From: an uncultured bacterium
Lineage (GTDB): Bacteria; Zixibacteria; MSB-5A5; JAABVY01; JAHJOQ01
Assembly (NCBI GenBank): GCA_965369655.1
Contig: CBDUQR010000050.1
Coordinates: 1-18,784, forward strand
Direction: 5' to 3'
Length of the DNA stretch: 18,784 nt
Below, in pieces: positions 7,312 through 15,558 of this stretch (positions are counted from its first letter, which is position 1; each line of letters begins with the position of its first letter). The notes under the pieces are model-generated. The model had not been told where the DNA came from. It ran no database searches and saw nothing but the letters and a program-made list of their open reading frames with translations. The position numbers and the translations under genes were made by a program.

Positions 7312-7385
7312 TGGTGCCCCACCGCTTCAGGCGGGATCTTCATTCGAGAACTTAGAAATGCTCTCACCCCAAGGGGTGAGCCACC
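7312..7385. repeat. REPIN-like repeat, copy B (74 bp)
   Basis: TGGTGCCCCACCGCTTCAGGCGGGATCTTCATTCGAGAACTTAGAAATGCTCTCACCCCAAGGGGTGAGCCACC. It contains a perfect CTCACCCC-aa-GGGGTGAG palindrome preceded on the minus strand by GTGG, which fits a GT(A/G)G-tagged REP. Confidence 0.85.
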
Positions 7386-7424
7386 AAATAGATTCCTTCG
7401 CATTCAATGTTTGACTGCACATGC

Positions 7425-7453
7425 AATATACATCCTGATTCCTCCGTCGTCAA
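7425..7453 (-). promoter_or_regulatory. Near-consensus sigma70 promoter at the head of the three-gene accessory block
   Basis: Minus strand TTGACG (7453-7448), 17-bp spacer, TATATT (7430-7425). Each box matches consensus at 5/6. Confidence 0.65.
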
Positions 7454-7491
7454 TCCCAGAATCGTAATGAGCTACGACGTGGTAGAACAGA

Positions 7492-8937
7492 TCAGCGTTT
7501 CCAGAAGTCGGGGATCAGAAGGACGAGTACTGTGAATAACTCCAGACGTCCGAGGATCATCAGAAATGACAAGAATAACTTCCCGCCCCACGGGATGAAC
7601 GCGTAGTTTTCGACCGCACCCACTTTCGCCAGTCCGGGGCCGATGTTTGCAAGGGTTGCCACGACCGATGTCGCCGCTGTAGCCATATCGAGACCCATCG
7701 AGGCCATGACAAGAGTTCCGACCACGAACGACAAGATAAAGACGCCGAAAAAAACCAGGGCCGATCGTATCACGCTGTCATCGATCACCTGCTTGCCGAC
7801 CTTCACCGCGAAAACCGCATGCGGATGGAACGCTTTGTAGATTTCGTGGTAGGCCGCCTTCAGGATGATGATAATTCTCGATACCTTCATGCCACCCGCT
7901 GTAGACCCCGCCGAGCCGCCGATGAACATCAGCACTACCATCAGTATTTTGGTGAACGACGGGTAGAGATCGAAATTGTCCGTGGCGAATCCGGTGGTCG
8001 TCGAGACGGCGAGAGTCTGGAACGATGCATATCGCAGAGCCGTGAAGAAATCGGGGTGACGCCCCATTATAGTGACCGCGATCAGGATCATGCCGATCAC
8101 ATTGATGGCGCAGTAAACGCGGAATTCGACATTGGTGAAGAACTCGCGGATCCGACCCTTAGTCAGCACGTAGTACAATCCGAAGTTGATTCCTGCGAAC
8201 CACATGAAAATCGTAAAGATAACATCTATCGCCACTGAGTTATAATGCGCAACTGATGTATTCATGGTGGAGAAGCCGCCAGTCGCCATGCAGGTCAGAG
8301 CATGGCAGACCGAATCGAAGGGGTTCATCCCGGCAAACATCAGGCTTCCGAAGAGAGCGGCAGTAAGCCCAATGTAGATTTTCCAGAGTACGGAGGAAGT
8401 ATGTTTCAATTTCGGTTTGAGTCCTTCGGTGATCGGACCCGGCACCTCCGACTTGAACAGATGTTTCGCCCCAACGCCGAGTTGGGGAAGAATCGCAATA
8501 AACAGCACGATAATCCCCATTCCTCCGAGCCACTGTGTCAGCGATCGCCAGTAGAGAATCGATTTCGATGATGCTTCGATGTCGGTCATCACCGATGACC
8601 CGGTGGTGGTGAATCCCGACACCGATTCGAAGAACGCATCAGCCGGATTCGAGAATGTGCCGTCGATCATGTATGGGATGCCGCCGAAGAATGAGATCGC
8701 CAGCCATCCAAGCGTCACGACCGCGACAGCCTCGCGGGCATGTACCGCGCCAGTCTCCTTCCGGCCGATCATGAACAGGAATATGCCTGCTGATGCCGTT
8801 ATAACGAATGAGACTATGAACGTGACAATGCTTTTCGGACCATCCGATGTGATGGCCGGAATTATCGAGGTCGCCATGAATATGGCGGTGCCGATCAGCA
8901 GCAGGCCGAGTAGTTTTGCCACTGTCCTGTAGTTCAT
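7492..8937 (-). CDS. trkH: Trk system potassium uptake membrane protein TrkH
   Basis: Four pore-loop motifs: ESVSGFTTTG, TCMATGGFS, STTTGF, LANIGPGL. Also QWLGGMGII, FIGGSAGSTAGGMKVSR and LMILGRLE. Its start overlaps the trkA stop (ATGA). Confidence 0.96.
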   Translation of the reverse strand: MNYRTVAKLLGLLLIGTAIFMATSIIPAITSDGPKSIVTFIVSFVITASAGIFLFMIGRKETGAVHAREAVAVVTLGWLAISFFGGIPYMIDGTFSNPADAFFESVSGFTTTGSSVMTDIEASSKSILYWRSLTQWLGGMGIIVLFIAILPQLGVGAKHLFKSEVPGPITEGLKPKLKHTSSVLWKIYIGLTAALFGSLMFAGMNPFDSVCHALTCMATGGFSTMNTSVAHYNSVAIDVIFTIFMWFAGINFGLYYVLTKGRIREFFTNVEFRVYCAINVIGMILIAVTIMGRHPDFFTALRYASFQTLAVSTTTGFATDNFDLYPSFTKILMVVLMFIGGSAGSTAGGMKVSRIIIILKAAYHEIYKAFHPHAVFAVKVGKQVIDDSVIRSALVFFGVFILSFVVGTLVMASMGLDMATAATSVVATLANIGPGLAKVGAVENYAFIPWGGKLFLSFLMILGRLELFTVLVLLIPDFWKR

Positions 8938-10286
8938 GACTTCTTAACTTTGAAGAGTCGTTCGACTTTCTTGCGCGCCTGCGGCGTCGTGAACACAATA
9001 GCTGTGGAGTTCGGTGGCACTGTGTCGCTGCCCTTCGGAACGATGACGCCGTCGGGTCCTGCGATAGCACCGATAATCGCTCCTTTGGGGAAGTTGAGAT
9101 CCATCAGGGGCTTTTTGACAATTCTTGCGGAAGGGGGCGCTATAATCTCCAGAATCTCACCTTTGCCCTCTTCGAGAATCGTTACGGAGACCACTGTCCC
9201 GGCCCGGACATATTTCATTATCTGATTCGCTGCGACAAGGCGGGGAGAAACGACCGCGTCGATTCCGATCTGTTCGTAGAGTTCCTTGTAGTGAGGCTTG
9301 TCCGCCAGCACAACACTCTTTCGCGCACCGAGTTGCTTGGCGAGTAATCCCGCCAGCAGATTGACCTCTTCACCCTCGGAAACAGCCGAAATGAAAACAT
9401 CGCAGTCGCTTACCTTGACCTCTTCGAGTATTGCCATATCGGTACCGTCGCCGTTAATCAGCAAGACATTGTCGAGTTCTTCAGAGAGATACCTGCATCG
9501 TTCGGGATCCTTATCGATCAGTGTGACTTCGAGTTCTTCTCCGGCGAGCGATCGCGCAACCGAGAAACCGATCTCGCCGCCGCCGACAATGATGACCTTG
9601 TGTGCGGCTCCACGGAGCTTTTTGCCGAAGAAATCCTCGACTTCGGGGATCGAATCAATCTTGCCGATGATCAATACTTCATCGTTGAGAAGTATCTCGT
9701 CGTCACCCGATGGGATTATAAGTCGGTCGTCGCGGGATATCGCAGCTATGAGCGTGTTTTTCGGCATGGAGAGATCCTTCAGCTTCATACCGACAGCCTT
9801 GAGCTGTTCATTCATAGCAAGCTGAATGAGTTCTACACGGTTCTGCGCGAAATTCTCCACGAGCACCGCCCCGACCGACCTGACCAGCTTGGATATCTCG
9901 GCCGCCGATAATATCGGCGGACATATCACGAGATCGGCTCCGAGCATATTGTGGTAGACGCCCGACTCACCATCGAGGTACTCGCGCGACGACACGCGCG
10001 CGATAGTCTTCTTCGCGCCAAGGCTCTTGGCGACATATGCCGCGAGCAGATTCGCCTCGTCGTCGTCGGTTACAGCGATCACGAGGTCAGCGTTGTGCGC
10101 CTCGGCTTTCCTGAGGCACTTGGTGCTGCCTCCCTGGCCGACCAGAGCCATGACATCCATGTTTTCCTCGGCCTTCGCGACGGCGCGCTGGTCGGAATCG
10201 ATAATCGTTACGTTGTGGTCCTCAGATGCGAGAAAGCCGGCTATATGCTTACCGACTTCGCCCATTCCGATCACGATGACATTCAC
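8934..10286 (-). CDS. trkA: Trk system potassium uptake regulatory protein TrkA (two RCK N/C units)
   Basis: 450 aa with two Rossmann motifs (IVIGMGEVG, IIVGGGEIG) and two TrkA_C domains (IAAISRDDRLIIPSGD, GAIIGAI..VIVPKG). GTG start with GGGAG SD. Confidence 0.96.
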   Translation of the reverse strand: MNVIVIGMGEVGKHIAGFLASEDHNVTIIDSDQRAVAKAEENMDVMALVGQGGSTKCLRKAEAHNADLVIAVTDDDEANLLAAYVAKSLGAKKTIARVSSREYLDGESGVYHNMLGADLVICPPILSAAEISKLVRSVGAVLVENFAQNRVELIQLAMNEQLKAVGMKLKDLSMPKNTLIAAISRDDRLIIPSGDDEILLNDEVLIIGKIDSIPEVEDFFGKKLRGAAHKVIIVGGGEIGFSVARSLAGEELEVTLIDKDPERCRYLSEELDNVLLINGDGTDMAILEEVKVSDCDVFISAVSEGEEVNLLAGLLAKQLGARKSVVLADKPHYKELYEQIGIDAVVSPRLVAANQIMKYVRAGTVVSVTILEEGKGEILEIIAPPSARIVKKPLMDLNFPKGAIIGAIAGPDGVIVPKGSDTVPPNSTAIVFTTPQARKKVERLFKVKKS

Positions 10287-10312
10287 ATCGGCTCCCTTGT
10301 TTTGCCAGCGAA

Positions 10313-10341
10313 AACTTACCTGAGAGCCGATCGGATGTCAA
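10313..10341 (-). promoter_or_regulatory. Candidate sigma70 promoter of trkAH
   Basis: Minus strand TTGACA (10341-10336), 17 bp, TAAGTT (10318-10313), about 26 nt before the GTG. Confidence 0.6.
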
Positions 10342-10428
10342 ACACAATTTCGAGTGACCAGCAGGAACGACAGAAAATCCGCATCAGTAATGTGATGGAA
10401 TCCAACATGTTACCATATGAACAGACAT

Positions 10429-10454
10429 AAGAAAGCCGCCGGTGTGCCAGCGGC
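10429..10454 (-). terminator. Intrinsic terminator after the 1009-aa gene
   Basis: Minus-strand RNA GCCGCUGG-CACA-CCGGCGGC followed by UUUCUU. The single G-U pair works only on this strand. Confidence 0.7.
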
Positions 10455-10482
10455 CTGTTCTCCAGGTCCTGCAGTCTTATAG

Positions 10483-10566
10483 GTCACGCCTGCTTGCATA
10501 GTCCTGAGTCTGGCGAAGGGAGGCGTGACGATCTAAGTAGAGACTCATGCCCCAAGTGGGCATGAG
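10483..10566. repeat. Double-palindrome REP-like element
   Basis: GTCACGCCT (10483-10491) and AGGCGTGAC (10521-10529) enclose GTCCTGAGTCTGGCGAAGGG. A second perfect hairpin is CTCATGCCC-caagt-GGGCATGAG (10544-10566). Confidence 0.6.
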
Positions 10567-10570
10567 CTTT

Positions 10571-13500
10571 CTATCTGATGACTGTCAGCTTCCCACGAAA
10601 ATCGGTCGATTCGATATACCACAAATAAACGCCGGGGCTTACAGCCGATCCATGATCGTTGGATCCGTCCCAGATAATGTCATCTTCCACTACATTCGAC
10701 CAACTCCTGACGATTTCGCCATTGACAGTCGTTATTATCAGGCTGGAACCGGGTGGAATCCCCGTGAACGTGACATGCGGCGTCACGGTCGCATCGAATG
10801 GGTTCGGGTATGGGTGAGGCCTGGCTACGATCTCGAATGTCGACACATTCGAATCTCCGTCAGCATCCAGGCCCATTCCGCCGGTCTTGAACACATAGTA
10901 TCCACTGATCGCCTCATTGCCAGCCGCGTCGCGACTGACCACTCGATATTCGTAGTAGGTGTCCGGATACAATCCTTCGAGCAGGACCTCGTGAGAATAA
11001 ACATAGTTCAGATCGATATCCGTAGTGTCGCCCGACGAGAGTCCCTCGACATAGAAGACTCTCGATGTCGCCAGTTCGTTGGTGGTCCAGTGGACTGTAG
11101 CTGTCGAGGACGTAGTATCATCGGCGTAGACATTGGAGATCACAGGAGGTGTGTGGTCGTCACTGCCATACGGGTCAGTGACAAAATACCTGGTGAGCGT
11201 CCAGTTACCCCAGCCGCAGGCATTGTATGACCTGATGCGCCAGTAGTAATATGTAAGCGGTCTCAGCCCATTCGCGCTGTACTGTGATTCTGTTGGTTCT
11301 GCATCGATTTCCGGGTTCATGAATCCCGAATTGTCATCAACATGCACCTGGTACTTGCTCACCCCTCCGACGTCGCTCCAGTTCAGCGGGATCGGCTGGC
11401 TCATGTTCGACATGCCGTTGGGTGGGCTCTGATAGCTCGGCGGCGGCGGTGGATCGCAATCTCCCTCGGTGGTGAAGCTTCGCGTCACGCTCCAGCCTCC
11501 CCATTCGCAAGCATCGTAGGTTTTCACGCGCCAGAAATACGTCGTTCCTCCATCCAGACCGGAAGCACTGTATGAAGACGACGATGGCTGAGCGTCAATC
11601 TCCGGACTGCCGAAGTTAGCGTTGTCGTCGACCTGCAACTGGTAGAGCAACGCCCCGCTGACATCGTACCAGTCGAGATTGACAGGCTGACTGAGCTCTG
11701 ATGCTCCGTCCGCAGGTGTGGCAAGCGTCGGAGGCGGTGGAGGAGGGCACCCGTCTTCTTCCAGGGAGAAGCTTCGTGTCACACTCCAATTGCCCCACCC
11801 GCAACTGTTGTAAGCCCTCGCACGCCAGTAATATGTAGTACCTGATATCAGCCCGGATGCGCTGTAGCCGGAAGATGTCGGCTGAGCGCTAATCTCAGGA
11901 CTGCCGAAGTTGGAATTGTTGTCTACCTGCACCTGGTAAAGCGTCGCACCGCTGACATCGTACCAGTCGAGATTGACAGGCTGACTGAGGCCCGATGCAC
12001 CATTCGCGGGGCTCGAGAGTGATGGTGTGCCTGGAGTTGGGCAATCGCCTGTAGGCTGCCATGCGCCCCAGAGCGTCCACTGCCTGTCGCCGTAGTCCGC
12101 CCTGTTCATCTGGGTCGGCGCACCAGGTCGGGAAAAATCTCCGGATGCCGGATCAGTGAACCCAGGATTGGTGCCGTAGTACCCGTGCATGTCAAAGCCA
12201 CAGGATGTCTGCCATACGCTGAATAGTCTTTCACTATTGTTATGACAGCGGAAGTTCTCCGTACAATCGTAGTACATATTGGAGTCGATCGTATAGGCAT
12301 CCTCGCAGGATGGATCCGAATACTCAAATCCAATGATTTCGTGATCCTCCCCACAGCTACTCAGGTCGGTACCAGCAACGATGTTGTACTTGATAATATT
12401 GTTATCTCCACATTCTTCGGAATCATTTTCTGTGATCATGATGCCCTTGCAGGTGATGTCGTATATTGTATTATTACAGATGAACAGGTGTCCCTCGTAC
12501 GGCAGAGTGGTGCTGCCCCAGTTAACAATTCCGTTGTAGCAATCATAAATTGTGTTGCCGTAGACACTATCCATATAAGCGTTAGATGTCCACAATATCG
12601 CTGATTGACCCGCACCATGAATTACGTTAAACCGAGCTACATTCCCGATATGCGTGTTTGCGTCGAGTTTATCCTTGAAATAGATACCGTTTCCAATTGG
12701 TGGATATATATAGCATGATTCGACTTGCACATGGTGTTCGCTGTACGTAGTCATTACGTGACTGTATGCGGATCCGCGTTCTTCCATCAGGTTTCCGATT
12801 GTACAGGCGAGTATCTTGTTGTATCTGCCATAAGTTGAGCTGTCATATGAGTGTTGTCCAGCGCCGTTTGCATCAAAGAATATGGCGCCACCATTTGAGC
12901 CAGCTTCATAACCGCCAGCGAAAATGTCGCAGTGTTCGAGAGATGTGTGCTGACATTTGGCATCGAAACCGACTACCTGAGGACTTCCGTATGCAAGCGT
13001 CAGGCCCCAGATTTTCACGTAGTCAGTGTTCTCAAGATGAAGCCTAACTACCTCTTTACATGCAATGACCATTGTATTGTTGTCAGGGTTTGCGTTGCCG
13101 TAGAGCCATGCGTATACGTATCCCGATCCCGCATCATGGAAGAATCTGCTAGGTGCATTGACATCTCCAACAGAGATGGCAGGAATAAGAAGCTGATCGT
13201 CCTGTCCCAGCACATACGATTTGGGTCCGGAGTAGCTGATTCGATAAATGCTGCCACTGTAGACTGACCAGCCCGACAGGAGTTCACCTCCGAATATCTT
13301 CGTCAGACCCCTGCTCGACTCGGAGAATGTCGAACAGGTGTACACCGTGACATTCGAGGCATTGCCTCCTGCAGGAGGACGAATCTGTGAATTGTACCAT
13401 ACACCCGACCCGAAGCGCACAGTATCACCGGGCTGCATCATACTGTTAACTTTTTCCAGGGTGGCCCAGGCGGATGCCCAGGTGCTGCCATTACTACCAT

Positions 13501-13600
13501 CATTTCCTGACTTCTTAACGTAGTATACATTGCCAGCATCGACCGCTGATGAAACCAGCAATGCGGCGATCAATACAACAAAAATTGCCCTACTTATCAT
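10571..13600 (-). CDS. Large secreted protein: right-handed beta-helix (pectin-lyase-like) domain, three FnIII-like repeats, a further FnIII-like domain and a FlgD-Ig/T9SS-like C-terminal domain
   Basis: Signal peptide. YYVKKSGNDGSNGSTWASAWATL..QPGDTV start typical of beta-helix proteins, Asn-ladder repeats, NPGFTDPASGDF. Three repeats LSSPANG..W..Y.VQVD..F..TYYWR.R....WG.WS. C-terminal PYPNPF..WDGSNDHGSAVSPGVY..GKLTVIR. Confidence 0.85.
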   Translation of the reverse strand: MISRAIFVVLIAALLVSSAVDAGNVYYVKKSGNDGSNGSTWASAWATLEKVNSMMQPGDTVRFGSGVWYNSQIRPPAGGNASNVTVYTCSTFSESSRGLTKIFGGELLSGWSVYSGSIYRISYSGPKSYVLGQDDQLLIPAISVGDVNAPSRFFHDAGSGYVYAWLYGNANPDNNTMVIACKEVVRLHLENTDYVKIWGLTLAYGSPQVVGFDAKCQHTSLEHCDIFAGGYEAGSNGGAIFFDANGAGQHSYDSSTYGRYNKILACTIGNLMEERGSAYSHVMTTYSEHHVQVESCYIYPPIGNGIYFKDKLDANTHIGNVARFNVIHGAGQSAILWTSNAYMDSVYGNTIYDCYNGIVNWGSTTLPYEGHLFICNNTIYDITCKGIMITENDSEECGDNNIIKYNIVAGTDLSSCGEDHEIIGFEYSDPSCEDAYTIDSNMYYDCTENFRCHNNSERLFSVWQTSCGFDMHGYYGTNPGFTDPASGDFSRPGAPTQMNRADYGDRQWTLWGAWQPTGDCPTPGTPSLSSPANGASGLSQPVNLDWYDVSGATLYQVQVDNNSNFGSPEISAQPTSSGYSASGLISGTTYYWRARAYNSCGWGNWSVTRSFSLEEDGCPPPPPPTLATPADGASELSQPVNLDWYDVSGALLYQLQVDDNANFGSPEIDAQPSSSSYSASGLDGGTTYFWRVKTYDACEWGGWSVTRSFTTEGDCDPPPPPSYQSPPNGMSNMSQPIPLNWSDVGGVSKYQVHVDDNSGFMNPEIDAEPTESQYSANGLRPLTYYYWRIRSYNACGWGNWTLTRYFVTDPYGSDDHTPPVISNVYADDTTSSTATVHWTTNELATSRVFYVEGLSSGDTTDIDLNYVYSHEVLLEGLYPDTYYEYRVVSRDAAGNEAISGYYVFKTGGMGLDADGDSNVSTFEIVARPHPYPNPFDATVTPHVTFTGIPPGSSLIITTVNGEIVRSWSNVVEDDIIWDGSNDHGSAVSPGVYLWYIESTDFRGKLTVIR
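11655..11989. repeat. Intragenic direct repeat (FnIII-like unit duplication, 294-bp period)
   Basis: An identical 41-bp block CCGCTGACATCGTACCAGTCGAGATTGACAGGCTGACTGAG occurs at 11655-11695 and 11949-11989. Confidence 0.9.
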
Positions 13601-14021
13601 GGCTTACCTCTTGAGGTTTGTGTACTCACAAGACATCGACTCATATTGTTAAAATCGGCGTTTGATGTCAGTAAATTTATCGCAGATCACGTACCAACTG
13701 TCCCGGTTTTCTAAACATGCCCCATCATACTGATCCACAACATGATATCTACAATTAGCTGCCACCTAATGCAACAACAATTGTTTCTCAACTGCTCAAA
13801 ACAGAGAAGCTGTTGGATTATTGTACATTTTCCGAGATCAAGAAGTTGGCTCTTTGTAGGTCCATTTTCTTTGTATTATTGATTTCACTCTGGCGTACAT
13901 AAGCAGACATTTGACAGGCAGAGTTCATAATCACTTGCGCAATCTCTTGTGATATATGAGATTGAGAGTAGTATTGTCTGATTCTATGAATCTGCAAATG
14001 CTTCGATGAGGAGGCAACTCG

Positions 14022-15512
14022 ATCGCAAACTCAGCCAGAGCCAGATACTTTCTCCTGATTGCAGTGGGAGTGGCCACAGTCACTTTCCGCATTCTGCGGC
14101 TCTTCGACGGCAATCTGATCTATGATGACTCCTACATCACCTTCAGATATGCGGAGAATCTTGCCAGCGGACTCGGTTTTGTTTACAATCCGGGTGAATT
14201 TGTCCTTGGCGTTACTACACCCCTCTGGACACTTATACTGGCATGCGCGGGGTTTCTCGGCATGCACGTGCCCGCAACATCAATTGCTCTGGGGGTCCTG
14301 TTCGACATCGTGACTGCCTTGCTGTTGTTTGAGACCGTGTCGCTGTACAACAAAAGGACGGGAATATGGGCTGCGTTCATCTGGGCGATCTATCCTCCCG
14401 CGGTAAGTGCTGCCACAGGAGGTATGGAGACCAGCATGTTTGTCGCACTGAGCCTTGCTACCCTGATAATCGTCTCGAAGAAGTACATGAAGCCCTGGAC
14501 AACGCTCTGCCCGGTGGCTGCACTGCTTACAAGGCCGGAAGGCATCATAACATATCTGATTTCTCTGGCAAGTGGTCTAAGAAGATGGCGAAGGAACATA
14601 TACTCTTTGCTTCTCATGGTTATTATTCCTGCCGTCTTCTTCGTGCTGGCGATCATGTACTTTGGCTCTGCGATTCCGCATTCGGTCACCGCGAAACGAG
14701 ATGCGGCGGAGGTGGGCAGCACAATCATCGAGATACTGTTCGGGCTTTTCCCGGGGGAAACCATTCTGTTGCTTCCAGCAGTACTCATAGGAGTTCTTAT
14801 TCTCATATTCCGCAGGAAGGCGCCATTGATTGTTGTGTGGCCGTTCATCTATCTTGCCGCTTATCTTATAGCTCGTCCCAAGATGTGGGTCTGGTACAAT
14901 CTGCCGATACAGATCGGAATCGTAGTCCTGGCTGCCATCGGAATAGCATTTGTAATCGAGCAGGTATCGAGATTCGCGGGCGGGTATCGTCACTGGCTTG
15001 ATCGCGCAATTGCAGCTATTGTTATTTGTGTTGTTATCCCTACTGCCGTGTATTACTACTTCCCGCAAGGACCGGTAGGCGTCAATCAGGAATCAGAGCG
15101 GTACCGGAAGCTGGCAGAGTATGTCAAAGCGTCTACGTCCACTGACGATGCTGTCCTGGCATCTGATATAGGGTATGTCGGATACTATTCCGGAAGAAAG
15201 ATACTCGACTCGTGGGGCCTGGTCTGGAAAGAGGCTCTTGACTTCAACGGAACGATCGCGGAACGAGTTCCACAGATCGCAAGGCAATTCATGCCCAAAG
15301 CTGTGGTAGTCCCTGCGAGAAGATCCGATGTTCGGATTATCAATTCTGACGAATGGTTCCGGAGGTACTACGAACTGTCCAGAGCATTCTTTAAGCAGGA
15401 TGTAGATATCTCACAAATCAGACTGGACAGTCTGCCGGAAGCATGGTCATCGCAATACCTGGTCTATGTTCTGAAGAAAATTGGTCCTGTTCCGGGCAAT
15501 TCATCGGACTAG
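14022..15512 (+). CDS. GT-C fold-like polytopic membrane glycosyltransferase (start uncertain: ATC at 14022 or GTG at 14064)
   Basis: First extracytoplasmic loop YDDSYITFRYAENLASGLGFVYNPGE (DD motif), GGMET, LLTRPEG, many TM helices, and a soluble C-terminal DIGYVGYYS..ILDSWGL region. Confidence 0.75.
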   Translation: MANSARARYFLLIAVGVATVTFRILRLFDGNLIYDDSYITFRYAENLASGLGFVYNPGEFVLGVTTPLWTLILACAGFLGMHVPATSIALGVLFDIVTALLLFETVSLYNKRTGIWAAFIWAIYPPAVSAATGGMETSMFVALSLATLIIVSKKYMKPWTTLCPVAALLTRPEGIITYLISLASGLRRWRRNIYSLLLMVIIPAVFFVLAIMYFGSAIPHSVTAKRDAAEVGSTIIEILFGLFPGETILLLPAVLIGVLILIFRRKAPLIVVWPFIYLAAYLIARPKMWVWYNLPIQIGIVVLAAIGIAFVIEQVSRFAGGYRHWLDRAIAAIVICVVIPTAVYYYFPQGPVGVNQESERYRKLAEYVKASTSTDDAVLASDIGYVGYYSGRKILDSWGLVWKEALDFNGTIAERVPQIARQFMPKAVVVPARRSDVRIINSDEWFRRYYELSRAFFKQDVDISQIRLDSLPEAWSSQYLVYVLKKIGPVPGNSSD

Positions 15513-15558
15513 TAGGGGCTAACTAAGATAACGGAAAAAGGTACTTAGCGTTCTGTGT

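Noticed and set aside
6934-7385. CRISPR array
   Set aside because: Only two full copies, 72-74 bp long and separated by a whole gene. No cas genes.
6934-7385. Repeats A and B as canonical attC sites
   Set aside because: They lack RYYYAAC / GTTRRRY ends, and no intI is in the window.
10287-10430. c-di-AMP or other riboswitch upstream of trkA
   Set aside because: No recognisable aptamer, and the candidate promoter leaves a leader of only about 20 nt.
11655-11989. Diversity-generating retroelement TR/VR pair
   Set aside because: The repeats are in-frame domain duplications, I saw no adenine-specific pattern of differences, and there is no reverse transcriptase.
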